NCBI GenBank assembly: GCA_040755975.1
Contig: JBFLZY010000002.1
Coordinates: forward strand, 27,182 to 91,181
Origin: Bacillota bacterium
Lineage (GTDB): Bacteria; Bacillota; Desulfotomaculia; Desulfotomaculales; Nap2-2B
Reading direction: 5' to 3'
DNA: 64,000 nucleotides
The position numbers were made by a program, and so were the translations under genes. The notes below the pieces were generated by a model. That model made no database searches and was not told the DNA's origin. It saw nothing but the letters and a program-made list of their open reading frames with translations. Shown one piece after another: positions 40,864 through 48,145 of the stretch (positions are counted from its first letter, which is position 1; every line of letters starts with the position of its first letter).

Positions 40864-41661
40864 TTGTTGGTGAATAATGAAGAAAAATCTGATGTTCCTT
40901 CTGTAGAGGCAGCGGCAAAAATTCTTGATTTTTTAAGCAGGTATAAACACAGGCGCAGCACTTTGACCGAAATTTGTCAAAAACTCGGGCTAAATAAAAG
41001 TACTTGCTTGCGGATTTTAAGAGTGCTTAAAAAATACCAATTTGTTTCCTATGATGAGGAAACCAAAAGATATGGCCTGGGAGTATACCTGGTGGTTTTG
41101 GGAGCAAGGGCGGCCGAATTTTCGGATCATTTGGAAATAGTCAGGCCTTACCTTCGCCGGTTAATGGAAGAGACCCAGCTGACCAGCGTGCTCCTTCAAC
41201 CGGGGTCTAATTACCGTCTTATGTATGTGCTAAAAGAGGAGCCAGACGCAGGCATCAGAGTGAATGTTACTCTTGGGCAGTATTTCCCCGTAACCACGAC
41301 ATCATTTGGAAAATGTTACCTGGCCTTTATGGATAAAACTGAGCTTGATCGCATAATAAGAGAGGTTGGGATAAGGGAGTTTACGCCTAAAACCATTACA
41401 AATGCAGAAGAGCTGAAGGAAGATTTAAAACAGGTTGTGCGCAGGGGATATGCAGTAAGCTACGAAGAACATACTCCCGGCGTGGTTGGTATTGCCGCAC
41501 CCGTATTTGATATGAACGGCAAGGTGAGCATGATCATTGCCTGCCTGGGAGTGGCAGCGTATATGAGCGAAGAAAGAGTTGCGGCTTGCGGAGAAAAGAT
41601 TAAGGAAATTGCCCTTGAGATAACAAGGGCTCTGGGAGGACAAAAAGCAAGGGAGCAATAG
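40864..41661 (+). CDS. IclR-family transcriptional regulator
   Basis: N-terminal wHTH (AAKILDFLS...LTEICQKLGLNKSTCLRILRVL) plus a C-terminal IclR effector domain. TTG or GTG start at 40864-40870. Confidence 0.85.
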   Translation: MLVNNEEKSDVPSVEAAAKILDFLSRYKHRRSTLTEICQKLGLNKSTCLRILRVLKKYQFVSYDEETKRYGLGVYLVVLGARAAEFSDHLEIVRPYLRRLMEETQLTSVLLQPGSNYRLMYVLKEEPDAGIRVNVTLGQYFPVTTTSFGKCYLAFMDKTELDRIIREVGIREFTPKTITNAEELKEDLKQVVRRGYAVSYEEHTPGVVGIAAPVFDMNGKVSMIIACLGVAAYMSEERVAACGEKIKEIALEITRALGGQKAREQ

Positions 41662-41746
41662 GGGGCTAACAAAAAATGGAGGTGCCTTCAGGAGCGCCGA
41701 AATCAGGATCTGGAACCATCTTTCTCCATATATTGTTGAAATTTAA

Positions 41747-41947
41747 TTACGCCCCCGGGAAAAAATCCGTACGCAGGTAATCTTGCGGGTCCGTGCTCAA
41801 TAAACGGACCACCCTGCCCTCGCCGGGGCCGGTATCCTCAATAATCAGCGGGACTCCCCCGATCTCGACCAGCCGGACGGCCGGCTCTTTCATTTCCTCC
41901 AGGCCTTCAACGACCAGCTCCAGCTGCATTGGTGTATAGAGGATCAT
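41747..41947 (-). CDS. ylzJ: YlzJ-like protein, duplicate copy A
   Basis: MILYTPM...PLIIEDTG...RVVRLLST..DYLRTD.FPGA. 51 of 66 residues identical to the 45363-45575 product. Confidence 0.7.
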   Translation of the reverse strand: MILYTPMQLELVVEGLEEMKEPAVRLVEIGGVPLIIEDTGPGEGRVVRLLSTDPQDYLRTDFFPGA

Positions 41948-41953
41948 TTTGTT

Positions 41954-42349
41954 TTATGCCCCCATATATTTCGGGCAGAAATTCTCCCTGATTTTGTTTT
42001 GCTTTTGTTCCTCGATCATCGCCTTTAGTTTGCTTACCGCCTGCCCGACGCTGCCCACCTCGTCGATCAGGCCGCATTCCACCGCTTCTTTGCCGATCAG
42101 CACCGTGCCGATATCCCGGGCCAGCTCGCCGGTGCGGAACATCATGTCCCGGAAGGCAGCCTCGCTGACCTTCGAATGCTGGATGACGAAGCGCACCACC
42201 CGGTCCTGCATTTTATCCAGGTACTCGTACGTTTGCGGAACGCCGATCACCAGCCCGTTGAGCCTGATCGGGTGGATGGTCATGCTGGCCGTCTGGGCAA
42301 TGAAGCTGTAGCGCGCTGCCACGGCGATGGGCACGCCGATCCCGCTCAT
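41954..42349 (-). pseudogene. 5'-truncated ClpP-family tepA paralog
   Basis: Matches only the C-terminal ~120 aa of the 286-aa TepA at 45642-46502. The reading frame breaks at ~42370-42400, next to IS debris. Confidence 0.75.
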
Positions 42350-42470
42350 GTCGCCGCCAATATCGTTAAAGCCAGTATTATCAAAGGCTTGGGGTTATTT
42401 GAGGCTTCTTAGGCAGTGTAAAATTTCAGTAGGCACCAAAAAGGAGATCGGCCCCCGGAAAGAGAAATGA

Positions 42471-42848
42471 GACCTCACCCTGAATAAACACCCCAAACAA
42501 AAGATAAGGAGGATCGTCAAGCTCCTGCACTATCTTGCAGAAAACTGGGCGGGAATTATTGCCTCGCCGGGAGCCAAACGTCTGGGGAGAGGGGCAAAAC
42601 CAGCACAATTTGGCCCGGCGGATGAACGTCTGGGCGCCCGGTGGACAGTCTCCGGGGGAGACCGCATGGCCCGTGTTTTGGCCGTAAAGGCTAACGGGGA
42701 GCTTAAGCCACTACGTCTTGCGCTGGCCGGTCCAGAACCAGAAATTAAAAGAATGCACGCAGGTAGTCAGGAGTCGCAAAACGAAACTCGCGGATGTGGA
42801 GAAGTGGTTAAGAGCATCCCTGCCTGCGCTAAAAGGGCCATTTGCTGA
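42471..42848 (+). pseudogene. transposase C-terminal remnant (UPF0236 / ISLre2-like)
   Basis: Single frame ...LHYLAENWAGII...DERLGARWTVSGGDRMARVLAVKANGEL... resembles the conserved C-terminus of that family as I recall it. No N-terminal part and no start codon. Confidence 0.45.
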
Positions 42849-42944
42849 CCGGCCGTGGATCAAGTATGTTTTATGGGAACTCAGCAGGCCTTCTGTTCTT
42901 CTGGGGTAGCTTGTTCCCCGATGAGCCTCTGAAGGGTTTAAAAA

Positions 42945-43100
42945 GGCGGCGCCGAAGGGAAGCCTTGACAGCCGGGGACCCCGCAGGTGGTACAATGGTT
43001 TTGGCGAGGGGGCAGTTGATTCTTGATTGCTTGTTCCCCGGAGCCGCCCCCTCGGTGCTTAAACTTAACCACCTGCGGGGTGGCTGTCAAGGCCGCCGCC
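42945..43100. repeat. 156-nt nested inverted repeat (large hairpin)
   Basis: GGCGGCG/CGCCGCC, GCCTTGACAGCC/GGCTGTCAAGGC, CCCCGCAGGTGGT/ACCACCTGCGGGG, and inner CGAGGGGGC/GCCCCCTCG. Confidence 0.8.
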
Positions 43101-43197
43101 GAAAGTTACTGTTTTAAACGGTGGGGTCTCGCGACTTAAAAAATTTTTCGGGGAGTTACCTACTGGATCTTGACACGGAGGGGGGATGAATGGCGGC

Positions 43198-43226
43198 TTG
43201 GTATTCTCCTCCGTCCGTGCTATAAT
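43198..43226 (+). promoter_or_regulatory. sigma-A-type promoter in front of the TnpB remnant
   Basis: TTGGTA, 17-nt spacer, TATAAT. Overlapped by the hairpin CTCCGTC...GACGGAG. Confidence 0.5.
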
Positions 43227-43250
43227 TTAAGCAGACGGAGAAGATGTTAA

Positions 43251-43550
43251 ATGCAGACGGTAAACCTCAAGGCGAAGCTCCTGCCTCCCAATAAAGGCAA
43301 ACTGGAGATGATGACCCGTGTGCTGGACACCTATCGCCAGGCGTGCCTCCTGGTTCCTGGAACAGGCCGGAGCCCTAAACACCACCAGCCGTGCCCACCT
43401 GAACCGTCAGACCTACCGGCAGGCATGTGAGCTGTTCGACCTCAATCGGGGGACGCTCCAGTGCGCCAAGCTCAAAGCGCCCGCAAACCGGGGAATGCCA
43501 GCTAACCTGCGGCGAAAGCCGCCGTCCTGCGACGGGATGCCCCCTAATTT
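43251..43550 (+). mobile_element. tnpB: IS200/IS605-family TnpB (IS1341-type) N-terminal fragment, frameshifted and truncated
   Basis: MQTVNLKAKLLPPNKGKLEMMTRVLDTYRQAC, then +1 frame SWFLEQAGALNTTSRAHLNRQTYRQACELFDLNRGTLQCA. Only ~85 codons remain, followed by small GNRA-type hairpins. Confidence 0.55.
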
Positions 43551-43553
43551 ATT

Positions 43554-43569
43554 GGGGGGGGGGGGGGGG
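43554..43569 (+). repeat. G16 homopolymer
   Basis: Sixteen consecutive G, 47 nt upstream of the tautomerase ATG. Can pair with CCCCC at 43540-44. Confidence 0.95.
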
Positions 43570-43616
43570 AGTCACTCAGGCTAACTTTATTTTAATATAA
43601 GGGGGAGGTGGAAAAG

Positions 43617-43805
43617 ATGCCCGTCATCACGTTAAACGGTCCGAAGCTGACCAAAGAACAGAAAGCGGAAATCGTCAAATTATTTACCGAAGCGGCAAGC
43701 AAAGTAACCAATATTCCGGCGCAGGCTTTTATTGTCCAGATTCAGGAAATGGACCGGGAAAATGTAGGCGTTGGCGGGGTTTTACTCGCCGACAAAGACA
43801 AATAA
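43617..43805 (+). CDS. 4-oxalocrotonate tautomerase family protein
   Basis: ORF 43608-43805. The internal ATG 43617 gives the MPVITL N-terminus (catalytic Pro1), ~62 aa, after GGGGGAGGTG. Confidence 0.8.
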   Translation: MPVITLNGPKLTKEQKAEIVKLFTEAASKVTNIPAQAFIVQIQEMDRENVGVGGVLLADKDK

Positions 43806-43874
43806 ATTGCTAGCGCTTGGTTCGGTTGCCTGTTTTCTTCACAATATGTTTTTTATATTTTGATCTTTTGGAAA

Positions 43875-43908
43875 GATTGAACTCCCCGATTTATTGGGGA
43901 GTTCAATC
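43875..43908. terminator. 13-bp perfect hairpin between convergent genes
   Basis: GATTGAACTCCCC, loop gatttatt, GGGGAGTTCAATC. No clean U-tract. Confidence 0.5.
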
Positions 43909-44048
43909 CTGCTTAATTTCCCCGGCTTTTTTCCTTAATTGTAATCGGTTTCACTCTAAAGCGAAAGGCGATGCCAGGGGGCAGGCGTCGGAACTTAATC
44001 AGGAGTTCCTTTGAGAATATCCTTAAATCGAGGAGTATGCGTTTGGAC

Positions 44049-44585
44049 TTAGGTTTGTTTAAAGGTTTCATAAAATACCGTATCTTTTAAAGGCTTGCGG
44101 GCTGAATCATGTCTGTCCGGCGAAGGGCTTTCTCCGGCCGCATATCCAATAGCCAGAATATTTACAGGCTCGACGTTGTCGGGGATGTTGAATTCTTTTC
44201 TCAATACGTCAGGCTTGAAGTAACAAATCCAGACCGTTCCCAGCCCCAATTCGGTGGCCTGGAGCATCATGTGGTCTGTTACAATGCTGGCGTCAATATC
44301 CACAGTGCTTTTGTTGTCAAAGGGTCTTTTCCAGGCGCTGTTGTGGTCTGCGCAAACAATAATGGCCAGGGGAGCATCATACACGTTGGCGGCCTTTTTT
44401 AGCTTCTCCAGACCGGCCTTTTCGCGCACCACAATCAGGCGCTGGGGCTGGTAATTGACAGCCGTGGGGGCAACCCTGCCGGCTTCCAGGATCTTCATTA
44501 GCTTTTCTTCCTCTACCTGCCTTGCTTCATACTTCCTCACGGAATATCTTCTTTTTGCCAGTTCCAAAAAGCTCACTTTCATCAA
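44049..44585 (-). CDS. nitroreductase-family protein
   Basis: RRYSVRKY and PTAVNYQPQRLIVV motifs. Confidence 0.85.
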   Translation of the reverse strand: MMKVSFLELAKRRYSVRKYEARQVEEEKLMKILEAGRVAPTAVNYQPQRLIVVREKAGLEKLKKAANVYDAPLAIIVCADHNSAWKRPFDNKSTVDIDASIVTDHMMLQATELGLGTVWICYFKPDVLRKEFNIPDNVEPVNILAIGYAAGESPSPDRHDSARKPLKDTVFYETFKQT

Positions 44586-44820
44586 TCCTTTCTGAATCTA
44601 AAATGATCATCATATTTATTATATAGCTGCAATAAACCCCTTTTTTCAACCATTTTGTCACAGGTCTCGACCGGCCCGAATTTCCGGCCAGAACGCCGGG
44701 AAAGTTTTTCCCGGGCAGGAAATTTTATTTTCGGGGAGAATAATTAAAAAGTTAAGCAATTTTTTCCCGAGGGCGATCCCGGCCCGTCATTCCAACATCC
44801 TAAGAAAGAGGAGGAGGCTA

Positions 44821-45249
44821 ATGAGCTTAAAGGAAATCATCGAATTTGCGAACCAGAATCCTGTTTGCTATGTAGCGACCGCGGAAGGGGATCAACCGAG
44901 AGTCAGGGGTTTTTCCATGTGGTTTGCGGACGAAACCGGCTTTTACTTTCAAACAGGTACACCGAAACGCATCTACGAGCAACTGATGAAAAACCCTAAA
45001 ATAGAAGTCTGCTTTTATGCCCAGGGACCTTCTCCGGGACCGGGTAAAATGTTGAGAGTTTCGGGTACGGTAGAGTTCATCAATGATATAGACTTGAAGA
45101 AAAGGGTGATGAGCGAGAGACCTTTTCTAAAAGCCATGGGCTACGATTATGATTCCCTGGTGATATTCCGCATCTCTAGGGGTGAAGCGTATTTCTGGAC
45201 GAGGGAAAACAGTTTGAAGGAAAAGGAGATCCAAACTGTGAAGTTCTAG
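44821..45249 (+). CDS. pyridoxamine 5'-phosphate oxidase-fold FMN-binding protein
   Basis: GAGGAGGAGG RBS. The N-terminus ...NPVCYVATAEGDQPRVRGF and the 142-aa size fit the split-barrel family. Confidence 0.7.
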   Translation: MSLKEIIEFANQNPVCYVATAEGDQPRVRGFSMWFADETGFYFQTGTPKRIYEQLMKNPKIEVCFYAQGPSPGPGKMLRVSGTVEFINDIDLKKRVMSERPFLKAMGYDYDSLVIFRISRGEAYFWTRENSLKEKEIQTVKF

Positions 45250-45362
45250 TGAGTTTTTGCCCTGGGTGGGAAAAAAGCCTGGGAGCCTGTTATAAATAAC
45301 CGCCTGGGATAAAGCATAGTAGATGCTGTCTTGGGGGAAAACACCCCTTGGCGGAAGGTGTT

Positions 45363-45575
45363 TCAATATCTAACCACCGCCCCAGGGAAAAGATCTGTGC
45401 GCAGGTAATCTTCCGGTTCCGTGCTGAGGAGCCTGACCACCCTTCCTCTGCCGGAACCGGTATCCTCAATGATTAGAGGGATTCCTTCCCAAAATACCAG
45501 ACGGGTTACCGGTTGTTTCATCTCTTCAAAGCCTTCCGTAACCAGCTCCAGCGGCATGGGCGTGTATAAAATCAT
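45363..45575 (-). CDS. ylzJ: YlzJ-like protein (intact locus)
   Basis: MILYTPMPLELV...; lies immediately downstream of tepA on the - strand. Confidence 0.8.
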   Translation of the reverse strand: MILYTPMPLELVTEGFEEMKQPVTRLVFWEGIPLIIEDTGSGRGRVVRLLSTEPEDYLRTDLFPGAVVRY

Positions 45576-45641
45576 CCGGTTTGCACCTTCTTAACTTTTT
45601 TCTTAAATAAATCCGGCCAGCTTTATTGCGGCGGGGCAAAA

Positions 45642-46502
45642 TTACGCCGGCGCCCCGGCGTTTTGCTTTTGCTCCTCGATCATCGCCTTTAGTTTGCTTA
45701 CCGCCTGCCCGACGCTGCCCACCTCGTCGATCAGCCCGCATTCCACCGCTTCCCTGCCGATCAGCACCGTGCCGATGTCCCTGGCCAGCTCCCCGCTCCT
45801 GAACATCATTTCCCGGAAGGCGGCCTCGCTGATCCGGGAGTGCTCGACGATAAAACGCACCACCCTGTCCTGCATTTTCTCTAAATATTCCCACGTCTGG
45901 GGCACGCCGATGATCAAGCCGTTTAGCCGGATGGGGTGGATGGTCATGCTGGCGGTATGGGTAATAAAGGAATATCTGGCTGATACTGCCACTGGTACAC
46001 CGATGCTATGCCCCCCGCCCAGCACGATGGAAACCGTGGGCTTGGAGAGGCCGGCAATCATCTCGGCGATGGCCAGCCCCGCTTCCACATCGCCGCCGAC
46101 GGTATTTAAAACCACCAACACCCCTTCAATTTCCGGGCTCTGTTCCAGGGCTACCAGTTGCGGCAGGAGGTGTTCGTACTTGGTCGTTTTGTTCTGGGGC
46201 GGTAAAACCAGGTGCCCTTCGATCTGGCCGACGATGGTCAGGCAATGGATATTGCTTTTAATCTCCGGCAGCGTATTCGTCCCCAGTTCCTTTAACGCCT
46301 GCATGCTTTCCTTACGCTGCCCCTGAACGCGTTTTGGCGCCGGCGGACCGCCGGGGTGGGGAAGCTCGGGCCGCTTTGGCTCCTCTCCGGGTTCTTCCGG
46401 CGGTTGCCCAGGGTCATACTCAGGAGCAAATCCAGGTTCAAGATCAGGATCGGGCGGAAACTCCTCCTGGTTGAGCAGGCGCTTCCCGGACTCTCCAGGC
46501 AT
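45642..46502 (-). CDS. tepA: ClpP-family translocation-enhancing protein TepA-like, with Pro/Glu-rich N-terminal extension
   Basis: ClpP/crotonase-fold core [10 protein letters not shown]...[10 protein letters not shown]...[15 protein letters not shown]. 286 aa. Confidence 0.8.
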   Translation of the reverse strand: MPGESGKRLLNQEEFPPDPDLEPGFAPEYDPGQPPEEPGEEPKRPELPHPGGPPAPKRVQGQRKESMQALKELGTNTLPEIKSNIHCLTIVGQIEGHLVLPPQNKTTKYEHLLPQLVALEQSPEIEGVLVVLNTVGGDVEAGLAIAEMIAGLSKPTVSIVLGGGHSIGVPVAVSARYSFITHTASMTIHPIRLNGLIIGVPQTWEYLEKMQDRVVRFIVEHSRISEAAFREMMFRSGELARDIGTVLIGREAVECGLIDEVGSVGQAVSKLKAMIEEQKQNAGAPA

Positions 46503-46622
46503 AGATCCCTCTCCTTAAAAACCGTTTGTTTTAGTATGGTCGAAAAGGAGAAAAATACTCTGCGGTAAAAATGAAAATGCAGGCAGGATATTGATGGGAA
46601 AAAGTACTGGAATTTTTTAGAA

Positions 46623-46652
46623 TTGACAATTCCCGGGACGTTTATTTATAAT
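46623..46652 (+). promoter_or_regulatory. near-consensus sigma-A promoter
   Basis: TTGACA (46623-28), 18-nt spacer, TATAAT (46647-52). About 240 nt upstream of the GT4 start. Confidence 0.6.
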
Positions 46653-46891
46653 TATGATCGCTTGACGGTTGCCTGTTGCCCTTTTTTATCCTAAGCTTAT
46701 TTTTATCCTTATATAACCCTTTCTTCTGTAACCATTCTTCCTGTCAGAGTACCCGTTTCTGGCCGCCGGAAGGATAGGTTTCAAAATCCCTCGCCAACCT
46801 ATCCATAGTAATGAAGTATGGCAGCTCTCGATCAAAGGGCCCGGCGGGAGTTTCAAATCCGGGCCTTAAATTTGTTGGAGGTGATTGCCTG

Positions 46892-48109
46892 ATGAAAGTT
46901 GCCATGCTGCATTGGGCCTTTCCTCCCATCATTGGCGGGGTGGAAAGCCATCTGGCCATGTTGGGTCCGGAGCTGGTCCGTTTTGGTTGTCAGGTAAGCC
47001 TGCTCACCGGTTCAGTAAATGGTGCGGAAAAAGAATACGTCTGGCAGGGAATGAAAATTTACCGGCGCAATTTATTTGACCTGAACAATCTTAATCCGTC
47101 TTTGCTGAGGCAAAAGGCAAAAGAAATAACGGAGGAAGTCGGGCGTTTTATCGAAAAAGAAAAACCGGACATCATCCACGCCCACAACATGCACTACTTC
47201 AGCCCGGAGCACGCCGACGCTTTGTTTGCCGTGAAAAACAGCCTGGATATTCCTCTGGTCCTGACGGCTCACAACGTCTGGGCGGACGATTTGTGGACGC
47301 AGTTTAACGCCCGGGCGCACTACTGGGACGCAGTTATCGCAGTGAGTCATTATATCAAAAGAGAGCTGGTCAGGGCGGGTTATCCGGACAAAAGAATTAC
47401 CGTTATTCACCACGGCATTGATCTTGAACTCTTCAAGCCGGACAGGGATGATTCAGCAGCCGGCAAAACGTTTTCCCAATTTGCCGGGCGGCGGGTAATT
47501 TTTCACCCGGCGCGCATGAGCCTGGCCAAAGGCTCCCATATCAGCGTCCAGGCATTGGCGCAAATCAGGGAGCGTTTCCCCGACGTGCTGCTGGTTCTTG
47601 CCGGGACCGAGAAAACCGTAGACTGGGGCAGTTACCAGGGCGAAGAGGTAAGCCGGATCAAAAATTTGGTTGCGGAACTCGGCCTGGCCGGGCACGTTTA
47701 TATAGAATTTTTTCCGTGGGAGAAAATGCCCCTGGTATACCGGGACGCGGAAATATGTATTTATCCTTCTTGTTTTGAAGAGCCCTTCGGGCTGGTGATG
47801 CTGGAAGCCATGGCCTCGGCAAAGCCGATTGTGGTCAGCCGCGCGGGCGGGATGCCGGAGGTGGTTAAAGACCGCGTGTGCGGATTTGTGGTTCCGATGA
47901 ATGACCCGCGGGAGCTGGCCGGGCGATGCTGCCAGTTGCTCGCCGAGCCGGCCCTGGCCCGGCAGATGGGCGAAACAGGGCGGAAAATAGCGCAAAAAAG
48001 CTATCCCAAGGAATTGATGGCCGCCCGGACGCTGCACGTCTACGGAGATCTCCTCTCCTTTTACTGGCGGAGACGGGGTTCCTCCGCCGGGAAGAAGTTC
48101 ATTGCCTGA
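46892..48109 (+). CDS. glycosyltransferase family 4 (GT-B, group 1)
   Basis: ORF 46811-48109; ATG 46892 follows GGAGGTG. Motifs FPPIIGGVESH and EPFGLVMLEAMA. Confidence 0.85.
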   Translation: MKVAMLHWAFPPIIGGVESHLAMLGPELVRFGCQVSLLTGSVNGAEKEYVWQGMKIYRRNLFDLNNLNPSLLRQKAKEITEEVGRFIEKEKPDIIHAHNMHYFSPEHADALFAVKNSLDIPLVLTAHNVWADDLWTQFNARAHYWDAVIAVSHYIKRELVRAGYPDKRITVIHHGIDLELFKPDRDDSAAGKTFSQFAGRRVIFHPARMSLAKGSHISVQALAQIRERFPDVLLVLAGTEKTVDWGSYQGEEVSRIKNLVAELGLAGHVYIEFFPWEKMPLVYRDAEICIYPSCFEEPFGLVMLEAMASAKPIVVSRAGGMPEVVKDRVCGFVVPMNDPRELAGRCCQLLAEPALARQMGETGRKIAQKSYPKELMAARTLHVYGDLLSFYWRRRGSSAGKKFIA

Positions 48110-48145
48110 ATAGTTACGGCAACATTTTTCAAGAACAGGGGATTT

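Noticed and set aside
42711-43584. Track ORFs 42711-42995 (-), 42842-43117 (+) and 43318-43584 (+), considered as independent genes.
   Set aside because: The first two run through the 156-nt inverted repeat and have no RBS. The third is the +1-shifted continuation of the TnpB fragment and reads through the G16 tract (GGGGG).
43540-43910. The tautomerase gene framed by similar hairpins, considered as an integron gene cassette (attC).
   Set aside because: There is no intI, attI or cassette array nearby. The hairpins lack the R''/L''-L'/R' (GTTRRRY) core organisation.
46831-46870. The GAGTTTCAAATCCGGGCC segment checked as a tRNA T-arm or tRNA fragment.
   Set aside because: The flanking sequence cannot form a 5-bp T-stem with a 7-nt loop, an acceptor stem or an anticodon arm. 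It only resembles the T-loop superficially.
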